Below, piece by piece: positions 41,253-51,262 of a stretch of 64,000 nt of DNA. The notes beneath the pieces are model-generated. The model saw nothing but the letters and a program-made list of their open reading frames with translations, had not been told where the DNA came from and made no database searches. The position numbers were made by a program, and so were the translations under genes. Source of the DNA: Candidatus Poribacteria bacterium (GTDB taxonomy: Bacteria; Poribacteria; WGA-4E; WGA-3G). How positions within the stretch are numbered: the first letter of the stretch is position 1; every line of letters begins with the position of its first letter. The stretch spans positions 4,672,001 to 4,736,000 of the forward strand of contig OZ242029.1 in the NCBI GenBank assembly GCA_965205015.1. Reading direction: 5' to 3'.

Positions 41253-42089
41253 ATGGCAAATGGATTCACACGATTTTTTAAGGCTATTTGGTACACACTG
41301 ACAGGAAAGGCACACGAATCCGCGGATAGAATGATGGAAAACCCCGAAGCCGTCAGAGGGGCTTACGAGGACATCATCAACGACAAAAAGGGGAATATCC
41401 AACGCTACAAGCAAGCGATCGGGCAACTTATCGCACTCGTTGAACAGAAGAGATCTACGGTTAAAAGCCTTACCGACGAAGTCGAGCGGTTGGAAGAACT
41501 AAAATCAGGAGCCATCGCCAAGGCACAGCAGACTGCTGCCCAATTACAAGGTGAAGGACTCTCACAGGAAGAAATCAAGGTGCACGGTGAATATACGCGA
41601 TGCGTCACTGCTTATCAAGACTTCAATTCCAACTTGGTGGAGAAAACCGGTCGGATCACGGAACTCGAAAACGAGATTGAAAGTGCGCAAGCTGATATTG
41701 AGTCGCACAAACTTCAGATTACCAGTCTCCATCGCGATTTAGATAAGATTAAGTCCGAACAGTCTGAGGCAGTGGCGGATCTGATTACTGCACGGGAGCA
41801 AGAGGAAATCGCCGATATGCTCTCCGGTATCAGCATGGACGGCACTTCCGCTGAATTGACCCGCATGCGCGAAATACGTGAGAAAGCCAAAGCGCGTTCA
41901 ACGGTTGCACAGGAGTTGGCTGGAACCGACTCAAAAAGCGAAGAGGAAGAATTCCTCACTGCAGCGCGTTCCTCTGCCACCAGTGACGAATTTGATGCCT
42001 TAATCTTCGGCGCACAGCAGACTGACGCAAAGATAGAGACGGAAACTCCTAAAAAGACAACAGATTCCGATTCTGAACTGCCAGTTTAA
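41253..42089 (+). CDS. PspA/IM30 (ESCRT-III-like) coiled-coil protein
   Basis: AGGAG SD; amphipathic N-terminal helix GFTRFFKAIW, ENPE motif, long coiled coils and an acidic tail. Confidence 0.72.
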   Translation: MANGFTRFFKAIWYTLTGKAHESADRMMENPEAVRGAYEDIINDKKGNIQRYKQAIGQLIALVEQKRSTVKSLTDEVERLEELKSGAIAKAQQTAAQLQGEGLSQEEIKVHGEYTRCVTAYQDFNSNLVEKTGRITELENEIESAQADIESHKLQITSLHRDLDKIKSEQSEAVADLITAREQEEIADMLSGISMDGTSAELTRMREIREKAKARSTVAQELAGTDSKSEEEEFLTAARSSATSDEFDALIFGAQQTDAKIETETPKKTTDSDSELPV

Positions 42090-42121
42090 ACTGAGAGGTT
42101 TGTTTGTAGTGGCGCAATTCA

Positions 42122-44095
42122 TTGCGCCTGGAGAGCGGCGATGAATCGCCTCACTACGAACGATTTTTCCTACAATTTAAGGGTGGACAGCCCAATAGAT
42201 ACGTCACCTCAAACAGAAGGGGGCAACGAGCCATAGCTGTTAAGAGTCCAACCTATACATTCCTGAAAGAAGCCGGACTGCTCATCAATTCGGGAACTTC
42301 TCGTAGCCTCGTCCTATCTGGAAATATCCACGATCTCTTCTTCGTTCGCGACGGAGATGACCCGGATTATATTCCACTCGTCCCCTTTTTGACGCGCAGC
42401 TGGGACATTCCAGGGTTCATCCTAATCGTTTATGAACTCAATGGACCTATTCGGTTTGCTAAGGAAGCTGAACGCGAAAAAGTTAAGCATGCGTTCAATC
42501 TATGGCGAGGTGCAACTGAGTCAAATCTTGACATAAATGCCAGTACTGGTGCCGCTGATCCAATACAGGCAGTTGTTGAACGCGCGACACCTACCGAAGC
42601 CGACGCATTCGCAGACGCCTCTTTTACACAGTACATGAACGACGCAATCGGCAGTCCGACGTTGGCACTGGAACTTCTACGGCAGTTCTGTCTGCTCTCC
42701 CGCACCACGAACGCGCAAGGTGAAAAACGACTACAGGAAAAATTGATAATCCTGATTGAAGCAACGGACATGTTGCTACCGGAAGGTGAGATTCGGAGTT
42801 TGTCGTTACCGGACAGACACCGCGTCAGCATCGTTCAAGATTGGATCTCGGACTCCAGTTTCATGGAGGGTAACGACACCGTCATCTTTATCACAGAATC
42901 AGCGAGTCTCGTGAACTCTCGGATCACAAGACTGCCCCAGGTCCTCAGCGTCGAAATACCAGCACCGGGAATGGAGGCGCGTCAACATTTCATTTCATGG
43001 TTTAACAACACACCGAAACTGGTGGAAAAACCGTTGAACCTTTGGGGTACACAAACCCAACTCGCGATGCTCACGGCAGGTTTATCCCTCCAAGCCCTGC
43101 GACAGATGCTCCTTTCCGCGCGTTACTCCGGTGAGAGATTACAACCTGCGGCTGTTATCAATAAAGTGTCTGAATTCATCCAAGGTCAGTTAGGTGAAGA
43201 TGTCGTAGAGTTCAAAAAGCCTGCGCACAGTCTCAAGGACATCGTTGGCAACCAAAAATTGGTGGATTTTCTGAAGACGCAATTAATTCCGCGCATCACC
43301 TCAACCGGTCCCGATGCGATCCCTGGAATGAGCGTCTGCGGTCCTATCGGTAGCGGAAAAACGTTCATTTTCGAGGGGCTCGCCGGTGAACTCGACATCC
43401 CTGTACTCGTCCTGAAGAACATCCGGAGCATGTGGTTCGGACAGACAGACATCATCTTTGAACGCCTCCGGCGATTGCTGATGGCTCTTGTGAAGGTGCT
43501 GATCTTCGTTGATGAAGCGGACACCCAATTCGGCGATGTTGGAAGAGACGCACACAGTACAGAACGGCGTTTGACAGGAAAGATACAGGCGATGATGTCG
43601 GATCCGCAACTCCGCGGCAACATCACGTGGCTTCTGATGACCGCTCGGATTTATCACCTTTCTCCCGACCTACGGCGAGAGGGCAGAGTCGGGGATATGG
43701 TCATCCCGGTGCTCGATCCGACAGGTGAAGACCGCGAGGCGTTTCTTCGATGGACGCTTGCCAAAGTCATTCCCGGTCCTCTGCCTGAAGATGCAGTCGA
43801 ACGACTTGTGAAACTGACCGAAGATTATTCTGCGGCGAGTTTCGCATCGCTACGTTCCGATTTGGAAGCCGCCAGTCTCATCAAGAAAGATAAACTGACG
43901 CTTGATGAAATCATCGCTGTTGCGGAAGACCGCATCCTACCGAACATCGGTCCGATTCGACGCTATCAAACCTTACAAGCACTCGTCAATTGCACGCGTA
44001 AATCGCTGCTGCCGGGGAAATATTCTCCAGAAATCCGAGAGTCATGGGTCAAACAAATTGCTCAACTTGAAGCGATAGGTGTTAGAGATCGATAA
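42122..44095 (+). CDS. AAA+ ATPase with a degenerate N-terminal AAA-like domain (start uncertain, possibly ATA at 42233)
   Basis: Walker A GPIGSGKT, pore loop MWFGQTD, Walker B IFVDEAD and arginine fingers LRREGR. Confidence 0.85.
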   Translation: MRLESGDESPHYERFFLQFKGGQPNRYVTSNRRGQRAIAVKSPTYTFLKEAGLLINSGTSRSLVLSGNIHDLFFVRDGDDPDYIPLVPFLTRSWDIPGFILIVYELNGPIRFAKEAEREKVKHAFNLWRGATESNLDINASTGAADPIQAVVERATPTEADAFADASFTQYMNDAIGSPTLALELLRQFCLLSRTTNAQGEKRLQEKLIILIEATDMLLPEGEIRSLSLPDRHRVSIVQDWISDSSFMEGNDTVIFITESASLVNSRITRLPQVLSVEIPAPGMEARQHFISWFNNTPKLVEKPLNLWGTQTQLAMLTAGLSLQALRQMLLSARYSGERLQPAAVINKVSEFIQGQLGEDVVEFKKPAHSLKDIVGNQKLVDFLKTQLIPRITSTGPDAIPGMSVCGPIGSGKTFIFEGLAGELDIPVLVLKNIRSMWFGQTDIIFERLRRLLMALVKVLIFVDEADTQFGDVGRDAHSTERRLTGKIQAMMSDPQLRGNITWLLMTARIYHLSPDLRREGRVGDMVIPVLDPTGEDREAFLRWTLAKVIPGPLPEDAVERLVKLTEDYSAASFASLRSDLEAASLIKKDKLTLDEIIAVAEDRILPNIGPIRRYQTLQALVNCTRKSLLPGKYSPEIRESWVKQIAQLEAIGVRDR

Positions 44096-45227
44096 CCTCT
44101 CCGGTCGCCGCCGAACGATACCCTGCACAGATAATTTCCACGGAGTGTGCTGCAAATTCGGCGTTCATTTCGCTCTCTACACCGTTTTCAATACAATCGA
44201 CAAACGCACCGAATTCACGGGCACTATCGTCATCACTCCCGACATCTATCCACTGCTGCTTCGGGGGCATCTTAATCTCTGCTTGCGTGCTACTCCACAT
44301 CCCCATCGGATCGAGCGGATGCGGTGAAGGTGGTTCAAACGCCGGTTCAGCCGCGAAAACCTCCAAACGGTTCGCTGACGCATCAAAGGTCAGACTCCCT
44401 TCGGTACCGACGAGCTGCACCTTTCGGACACCCCCTTGGGCATGACTCTGCCACCCATAGCGTCCCCCAGCAATCGTCGCTGTAATTCCATCCTCCAACG
44501 TCAGGACCAAAGCACCGAAGTCCTCAACATCGCAGCCGAGATGTTCCTTAAAGAAATAGTTCGCCGTTCCACCGAACACACGCTGCACCCGTTTCTGGGT
44601 CAACCAATTCACCATGGATACCGCATAAACGCCGACATCGAACATTTCAGGTTTCGCTTCCACAAAACTGTAGCGTTCGCGATCGGATTTTTCGATCCTT
44701 TTTTGCCCAACAGGGGCGCTACCCGGATGTCCCTTGGAGAACAGGACATCACAATGGACTGCCCGAAGTTCGCCGATGCTCCCACTTGTCAACGCTTGCT
44801 GGACAGTGCGTGCCCATGCGCTGTGAATGTTGCTGAACATCTGGCTCCGCACCCCACTTTTGGCAACTGCTGCAACGATCTGTTCCGCATCTTCCGGAGT
44901 GAATGCCATCGGCTTATCAAGATAGACGTGTTTTCCGGCTTCCGCACATTTCGCGCCGATACGCCCGCGCCGTTCCACGTCTGTACAGAGACTCACGATA
45001 TGCACATCCTCGCGTGCCAGTGCCGTGTCAAGGTCAGGAATGAACGGCAAATCCAAAGACTCAGCAAGCGAACGTCCCAACGTAATCCGCTCTGGGGGTG
45101 CGTCCGGTTCATCAGCGAACGCTACCAACCGACAGCGTGCATCCTGCGCAAAACTCGATGCGTAATTCTCTTGATGTGTGCGATTCCCACCGAGTAGGAG
45201 AACCCCATATTTTCCATTCTGCTGCAT
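44082..45227 (-). CDS. Gfo/Idh/MocA family oxidoreductase
   Basis: AGKHVYLDKPM, GSIGEL, DVGVY and GTEGSL motifs. Confidence 0.85.
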   Translation of the reverse strand: MQQNGKYGVLLLGGNRTHQENYASSFAQDARCRLVAFADEPDAPPERITLGRSLAESLDLPFIPDLDTALAREDVHIVSLCTDVERRGRIGAKCAEAGKHVYLDKPMAFTPEDAEQIVAAVAKSGVRSQMFSNIHSAWARTVQQALTSGSIGELRAVHCDVLFSKGHPGSAPVGQKRIEKSDRERYSFVEAKPEMFDVGVYAVSMVNWLTQKRVQRVFGGTANYFFKEHLGCDVEDFGALVLTLEDGITATIAGGRYGWQSHAQGGVRKVQLVGTEGSLTFDASANRLEVFAAEPAFEPPSPHPLDPMGMWSSTQAEIKMPPKQQWIDVGSDDDSAREFGAFVDCIENGVESEMNAEFAAHSVEIICAGYRSAATGEVIDL

Positions 45228-45229
45228 GT

Positions 45230-45673
45230 TTAAGCCTCCAACGTAATAGGTTGACCGCTCTCAAGCGATTGCGCGATAGCCTCTGTCAATTCACCTGTGG
45301 CACCTAATTGCGGCGATGTCGCGTTCAGGTAGTGCCTGCCGACCGGCGTTTCATGATAGATAACACCTTTGTTGCCAACCAACATGATGTCAATCGCCGT
45401 CTCAACTTCGACCCGATTGACACTCAACAGTGCCATCTGTCCTCCCACATAGTGAACCATTACCGTAACCTGTGTTGCGCCTGCATCTCCTTGCGCATAG
45501 ACGCACGCTGGCGATGCGGGCATCCATCCGTTCGCGAGTGCTGCCATCTCTGACACCGGTGATAGCAAATTCGAGGCATCACCCGCCACATGCAAGACGC
45601 ACCGCAGGAACACTGGACGCCCAATCCGTTCCTTCTCAAGCACAGACTGAACCGATTGTTTTAACAATTCCAT
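45230..45673 (-). CDS. Small protein resembling only the C-terminal domain of Gfo/Idh/MocA
   Basis: IGRPVFLR, VYAQG, LVGNKGVI and AIAQSLESGQPITL; directly upstream of the oxidoreductase. Confidence 0.6.
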   Translation of the reverse strand: MELLKQSVQSVLEKERIGRPVFLRCVLHVAGDASNLLSPVSEMAALANGWMPASPACVYAQGDAGATQVTVMVHYVGGQMALLSVNRVEVETAIDIMLVGNKGVIYHETPVGRHYLNATSPQLGATGELTEAIAQSLESGQPITLEA

Positions 45674-45709
45674 ATCTTCTCCTTTCTAAATAAGGTAAGC
45701 TAAAAATTA

Positions 45710-45739
45710 TTGACGAATCCGCGGACATTATGCTATAGT
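45710..45739 (+). promoter_or_regulatory. Sigma70-like promoter
   Basis: TTGACG-18 nt-TATAGT with an extended TG. Confidence 0.55.
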
Positions 45740-45894
45740 GTGTATGATTATCGGTTATCAGTTACAAGAGGATTCTGTTAGACGCAAACCTCTTAACTCT
45801 ACACAAGCCTATAGAGGTTTGCGGGACAATGCGAGGCAAACCGACAGGGTCTTCGTAGAAAACCCGAAGCGACACCTATAAATGGAGGAAAACA

Positions 45895-46260
45895 ATGCCC
45901 CTGAAAACCCTTGAACAACTCGTTGCCGAAGCGAAAGCAAACGTTGGACACATTTCACCCACCGAACTTACAGAAACTACGGAGTCAATCATCCTCTTAG
46001 ATGTCCGAGACGAACCCGACTACGATAAAGAACATCTACCGGAAGCGGTTTCTCTACCACGCGGCTATCTTGAACTCGATATTGATGAGATCGCCCCTGA
46101 CGCAGACACACACATCGTCACGTATTGCGGCGGCGGCACCCGTGCAACGCTCTCCGCACATACCCTAAAAAACATGGGCTATGAAAATGTCTCTGTGCTA
46201 ACGGGCGGTTTCCGCGGTTGGAAAACCGAAGGACTCCCAACCGAAGAATCCGATGAATAA
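45895..46260 (+). CDS. Rhodanese-like domain protein
   Basis: LLDVRD, HLPEA, YCGGGTRA and LTGGFRGW motifs; GGAGG SD. Confidence 0.9.
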   Translation: MPLKTLEQLVAEAKANVGHISPTELTETTESIILLDVRDEPDYDKEHLPEAVSLPRGYLELDIDEIAPDADTHIVTYCGGGTRATLSAHTLKNMGYENVSVLTGGFRGWKTEGLPTEESDE

Positions 46261-46453
46261 GCCCATCTATGCACATAGATTAACATAGATAACAGACCTT
46301 GTCAACATCTCGGTATGGAGCAAATTTTTAATTATACCTTGCGAGGGAACAACATTGGTTCAGAGTTTGGCGTGTTTTTTTAAGAGTCGCTTTCCACTTC
46401 GTTCCAGGCTTGGTTTTTGATGTTACACTGTATAGATCCCAATGGAGAAAAAT

Positions 46454-47482
46454 ATGCGTAACAGATACATCCTCTTAGTACTGATACTCCTCGCGCTCTT
46501 CATCGGCGATAGCGATGGACAGAAGAAACAACTCAACGTCTTTACATGGGCGGGTTACGTCAGTGATGACATCCGCGAGGGATTTGAAAAGGAATATGGG
46601 GTGAATGTCCTCATTGATACATACGCCAGCAACGAGGATCTCCTTGCGAAGTTGTTAGCAGGCGCGACAGGCTACGACATCATCATGCCGTCCGACTATA
46701 TGGTGTCAATCTTAATCAAACAGAACCTGTTAGCTGAACTGAATCGCGACAACATCCCCAACTTCCAGAATATCAGTCCACTGTTCCTCGGCAAATACTT
46801 CGATGCCGAAAACCGATACTCTATCCCCTACACATTCGGCACTGCAGGTATCGCCTACGATTCGTCCGTCGTTACGCCAGCTCCCGACAGTTGGACAGTG
46901 CTTTGGGACGCGCAATATAAGAACCAATTCAGCATGTTAGACGACCAACGCGAGACCATCGGTGCGGCACTTAAACTGCTCGGATACAGCCTCAACACCA
47001 CCGATCCAAATGAAATTAAAGCGGCGAAAGAGAAGTTAATTGCGCAAAAACCGCTCGTGAAGCAATATAAAAGCGAGGCGGAAGAACTCCTTATCGCTGG
47101 GGATGTCGTCATGGCGCACTGCTGGAGTGGCGATGCGTTCCGAGCAACTGAGACCCGTCCAACAATTCGGTACGTTATACCCAAAGAAGGATCCAGCCAG
47201 TTTATAGATGCCGTCTGCATTCCGAAATCGGCACCACATAAGGCACTCGCTGCACAATTTATCAATTACCTGCTTCGTCCTGAAGTCAATGCCAAGATTA
47301 CGGCTTTCACAAAATACGGCACCTGTGTGCCGACAGCGAAAGAATACTTACCGGAACATCTGCGAGAACACAAATTTATCTATCCGCCGGCAGAGATTTT
47401 GGAATCCCTTGAGTGGCTGAAAGATCCGGGGGATTTCACGAGGCACTACAACCGCGCATGGGAAGAAATTAAGGCAAAATAA
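46454..47482 (+). CDS. Spermidine/putrescine ABC transporter substrate-binding protein (PotD/PotF-like)
   Basis: LNVFTWAGY, SNEDLLAKL, YDIIMPSDY, WSGD and PKEGS motifs. Confidence 0.88.
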   Translation: MRNRYILLVLILLALFIGDSDGQKKQLNVFTWAGYVSDDIREGFEKEYGVNVLIDTYASNEDLLAKLLAGATGYDIIMPSDYMVSILIKQNLLAELNRDNIPNFQNISPLFLGKYFDAENRYSIPYTFGTAGIAYDSSVVTPAPDSWTVLWDAQYKNQFSMLDDQRETIGAALKLLGYSLNTTDPNEIKAAKEKLIAQKPLVKQYKSEAEELLIAGDVVMAHCWSGDAFRATETRPTIRYVIPKEGSSQFIDAVCIPKSAPHKALAAQFINYLLRPEVNAKITAFTKYGTCVPTAKEYLPEHLREHKFIYPPAEILESLEWLKDPGDFTRHYNRAWEEIKAK

Positions 47483-47549
47483 AGTCGCATCTCTTTCTCT
47501 TCCCGCACACGACTCACACCCTATTTGTGTTGACCAGGAGGAAATAACG

Positions 47550-48629
47550 ATGTTCAAAACGCTTCAACACCTACGATGGATTATTGTTGGTTTAACTGCT
47601 GTTGTTCTATTCCATGTAACTATAGAAAACAGTGTTGCAAAAAAATGGGAGGTCGTCTCTCAACTTCCAACAGGGAGATCGGCATTCTCGACCGCAGTTG
47701 TTGACGGTAAAATCTATCTCATCGGCGGTACCCTCCTTGAAAACGAGAGCAGTGGTCCTTTTGGGCTTTCAACAGTAGAAGTCTACAACCCGCACAACAA
47801 GAGTTGGAAAAAAGTTGCCGATATGCCAACGCCTCGATCCAATGCAGAAGCAGCAGTCGTGGACGGAAAAATCTATGTCGTCGGTGGACTCGCTGCAACA
47901 GACAGACGCATGGAAAGCACTAAGATTCTGAAAGTCGTTGAAGTCTACGACCCCCAAACCGACACATGGGAAAGAAAACAGGATATGTCCCAGCCGCGTC
48001 TTTCGTTTGGTATAGGTGTGGTTGGAAGGAAAATATATGTCATGGGTGGAGCGAATTTCTTTGAGAATCAGTGGCGACTTGATCATGTGGAAGTCTATGA
48101 TCCCGATGCTGATGTCTGGCACAACCGTCCAAGTTTACTCACGCGGCGCGATGGTTTTGAGACAGCAGTCGTTGAAGATAGTATTTATGTTATTGGCGGG
48201 CGCGGATGGCCATCAATCGCCCAAAACGGCCCGTATCTTGCGACCATTGATGTCTATGAACCCGGAAATAGGTGGCGGAAGAAAACCGATCTGCCAAGCC
48301 TTAGATACGGCTTTTCGTCAGTTGTCGTTGCGGACGAAATCTATCTCATCGGCGGGCTCGAAGGTGCGGCTTTCGATCAACATGTGAAGACGGTAGAATC
48401 CTACCATGCCAAAGCTGGGATATGGAGGATAAGGAAGCCAATGCCAATCGGAAATACCCCGTTTGGGGTAGCGACAGTCAACCAGAAAATTTATATCCTT
48501 GGTAGTGAAAGAGAAGGCGGAGAATTTTCTCTGGATGTTGAGGTATTTAAAGTTGTTGGCGTCAGAGCAACCGACAAATTGCCGGTGCGTTGGGGTGAAC
48601 TTAAAGCACAAGATGTATCGCGACCTTAA
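47550..48629 (+). CDS. Exported Kelch-repeat protein with a C-terminal WG tail
   Basis: Six repeats of the KIYxxGG...VEVYDP...W type; signal peptide; tail VRATDKLPVRWGELK. Confidence 0.9.
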   Translation: MFKTLQHLRWIIVGLTAVVLFHVTIENSVAKKWEVVSQLPTGRSAFSTAVVDGKIYLIGGTLLENESSGPFGLSTVEVYNPHNKSWKKVADMPTPRSNAEAAVVDGKIYVVGGLAATDRRMESTKILKVVEVYDPQTDTWERKQDMSQPRLSFGIGVVGRKIYVMGGANFFENQWRLDHVEVYDPDADVWHNRPSLLTRRDGFETAVVEDSIYVIGGRGWPSIAQNGPYLATIDVYEPGNRWRKKTDLPSLRYGFSSVVVADEIYLIGGLEGAAFDQHVKTVESYHAKAGIWRIRKPMPIGNTPFGVATVNQKIYILGSEREGGEFSLDVEVFKVVGVRATDKLPVRWGELKAQDVSRP

Positions 48630-48729
48630 CGTTATATTTTTCAAAGATTTGTAGTCGTGCGATTCATCGCGTGTCTGGCTGAGGACATCAAGAACCCATT
48701 ATATAAATCCGAAAAGGAGGAAAAATTAA

Positions 48730-50127
48730 TTGAGCAGACCTAATATCCTATTCATCATGTCCGACGACCACGCTTCGCACGCTATCAGCAGTTACGGGAG
48801 TCGGATCAACCAAACCCCGAACCTTGATCGTATCGCAGACGGCGGCATGATTCTCCAGAACTGTTTCTGTGTCAACTCTATATGCACACCGAGTCGTGCG
48901 AACATTTTGACCGGCAAACACAGCCATCTCAACGGTGTCAAGACGCTATCAGACCCCCTTGACGGTAGGATGCCGAACGTCGCAAAGATGCTCCAAGCGG
49001 ACGGCTATCAGACGGCAATGGTCGGCAAATGGCATCTCGGTCACGGCGGTAACGCAGATCCGACAGGTTTCGACTACTGGAACGTCTTACCCGGACAAGG
49101 ACTCTATCACGATCCTGTAATGCTCGAACCCGATGGTGAGAAAACCCATAAAGGCTATACCACCGACATCATCACCGATTTCTCATTGGAATGGCTACAG
49201 AATCGGGACACGGAGAGACCGTTCTTTATGATGTGTCACCATAAGGCACCCCACCGTCCGTGGGACTCCGATGAAAAACATGCACACATGTTCGAGGATG
49301 AAGATGTCCCGATGCCGGACAATTTTTTCGACGATTATGCGAACCGTTCAAACGCCGCAAAGGAAGCGAAAATGCGTGTCTTCGGTCACATGAGCGAAAG
49401 AGACCTCAAGATTGACACACTCGGTCCGCCACCAGAGGGATTGTCGGAGAAGGAGTTGGCAAACTGGCAGTACCAACGCTATATTAAGGAATATCTCCGC
49501 TGCGTCGCCTCAATCGACGATAATGTCGGACGGATGCTCGACTATCTCGATGAAGAAGGCATTGCAGAGGACACGCTCGTCATCTATACCTCCGATCAAG
49601 GTTTCTTCCTCGGCGACCACGGCTGGTATGACAAGCGGTTCATGTACGAAGAATCCTTGCGGATGCCGTTTCTCGTCCGCTACCCGCGCGAGATCCAACC
49701 CGGCAGTTCCTGCGACGCTATGGCACTGAATATAGATTTCGCAGAGACCTGGCTCGACTATGCAGGATTGCCAATTCCAGAGGATATGCAGGGAACGAGT
49801 ATGCGACCCCTTCTCAATGGCGAAACACCCGACGATTGGCGGACTTCAATGTACTATCGTTACTGGATGCACCTCACACACCACTATGTCCCGGCACACT
49901 ACGGCATCCGAACGCATCGTTATAAACTCATCTATTACTACGGTGAAGCACTCGGCACGACGGGTTCGATTGATGAACCGAAAGAACCCGAATGGGAACT
50001 CTTCGATCTTGAGAAAGATCCAGATGAGATGTGCAGCGTCTACGACGATCCGGCGTATGCCAACATCGTCACTGAATTGACTGCCGAATTGCATCGACTC
50101 AAAGCAGAAGCAGGAGACGAAGAATAG
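48730..50127 (+). CDS. Formylglycine-dependent sulfatase
   Basis: RPNILFIMSDDH, CTPSRANILTG, GKWHLG and SDQG...DKR motifs; TTG start with an AAGGAGG SD. Confidence 0.93.
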   Translation: MSRPNILFIMSDDHASHAISSYGSRINQTPNLDRIADGGMILQNCFCVNSICTPSRANILTGKHSHLNGVKTLSDPLDGRMPNVAKMLQADGYQTAMVGKWHLGHGGNADPTGFDYWNVLPGQGLYHDPVMLEPDGEKTHKGYTTDIITDFSLEWLQNRDTERPFFMMCHHKAPHRPWDSDEKHAHMFEDEDVPMPDNFFDDYANRSNAAKEAKMRVFGHMSERDLKIDTLGPPPEGLSEKELANWQYQRYIKEYLRCVASIDDNVGRMLDYLDEEGIAEDTLVIYTSDQGFFLGDHGWYDKRFMYEESLRMPFLVRYPREIQPGSSCDAMALNIDFAETWLDYAGLPIPEDMQGTSMRPLLNGETPDDWRTSMYYRYWMHLTHHYVPAHYGIRTHRYKLIYYYGEALGTTGSIDEPKEPEWELFDLEKDPDEMCSVYDDPAYANIVTELTAELHRLKAEAGDEE

Positions 50128-50242
50128 CAGTCTACTGTCGGTTACACGTTGTGGCGGTTGCGAAAGTTCTGTCTGCTACAAAGAGATATTGACTGACCGC
50201 TGACTGCCGATGGCTGATTGCCACAAAAAATGGAGGCAGAAA

Positions 50243-51262
50243 ATGGCAACTCAAACCCCCTTAAGCAAAATTGAACCCGGCATGAAAGTTACGGCACAGA
50301 TGTCGCCGGAACCGAGCGCAGCAGATTTGCAGCTTGCCAAGCAGATGGACGTCGAATATGTCGTCCTCTGGACAAACGGGGAAAATGCAAATTACGACTA
50401 TTTTATGAGCCGTCGCGAGATCTTCGAGAACGCAGGACTCAAAATCTACGGGTTCGGCAACAGCGATGTCCACAATCAGGACGGGATTGTGCTGAACTTA
50501 GAGAACCGCGACGCGAAGATCGAACAGTATAAAAGGTACATCCGCGATCTCGGTAGAGCAGGGATTCCGTATACAACCTATGCGCACATGGGCAACGGTA
50601 TCTGGAGCACCGAACGTGAGACGACCCGTGGTGGTTCAAGCGCACGGGCATTTAACCTCGATGCCGCACAGGAAGGACATTGGGGCGGCAAACTGTACCC
50701 AATGCCGCTCTCTCATGGACGCGAATTCAGTGAAGATGAACTCTGGGACAATTATACCTATTTCATTAAACAAGCCGCACCCGTAGCGGAGGAAGCAGGC
50801 GTGATGATCGGTATCCACCCCGACGACCCACCCGCGGTGCATCTTGCTGGAATCCCGAGATGTATCTTCAGCAGTTTTGAAGGCTATAAACGTGCCCTTG
50901 AAATCGCCGATAGCCCGAATGTCGGTATGTGTTTCTGCGTGGGATGCTGGCTGGAGGGCGGCGAATTAATGGGCAAAGATGTCATTGAATCCATCCGCTA
51001 CTTCGGCGAACGGAACAAAATCTTCAAAGTCCATTTCCGCAATGTCGATCAACCGCTTCCGCATTTCGTTGAGACCTTCGTTGACAACGGCTATCAGGAT
51101 ATGTACCAGGTCGCAAAAGTTCTCCGAGAGGTCAACTTCAACGGTGTGCTGATCCCCGATCATATTCCACAAATGGGCGATGACGGTCGCGTCGGCACAG
51201 CATATACGATCGCCTACATGAATGCACTCGTGAAACGAGCGAATGAGGAGGTCGCCGCGTGA
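50243..51262 (+). CDS. uxuA: Mannonate dehydratase family (UxuA-like)
   Basis: IHPDDPP, FCVGC, VHFRNV and IPDHIP motifs. Confidence 0.75.
   Translation: MATQTPLSKIEPGMKVTAQMSPEPSAADLQLAKQMDVEYVVLWTNGENANYDYFMSRREIFENAGLKIYGFGNSDVHNQDGIVLNLENRDAKIEQYKRYIRDLGRAGIPYTTYAHMGNGIWSTERETTRGGSSARAFNLDAAQEGHWGGKLYPMPLSHGREFSEDELWDNYTYFIKQAAPVAEEAGVMIGIHPDDPPAVHLAGIPRCIFSSFEGYKRALEIADSPNVGMCFCVGCWLEGGELMGKDVIESIRYFGERNKIFKVHFRNVDQPLPHFVETFVDNGYQDMYQVAKVLREVNFNGVLIPDHIPQMGDDGRVGTAYTIAYMNALVKRANEEVAA

Noticed and set aside
45780-45880. c-di-GMP-I riboswitch (GGCAAACC) upstream of the rhodanese
   Set aside because: The rest of the consensus is missing, and the stems are explained by the local repeat element.
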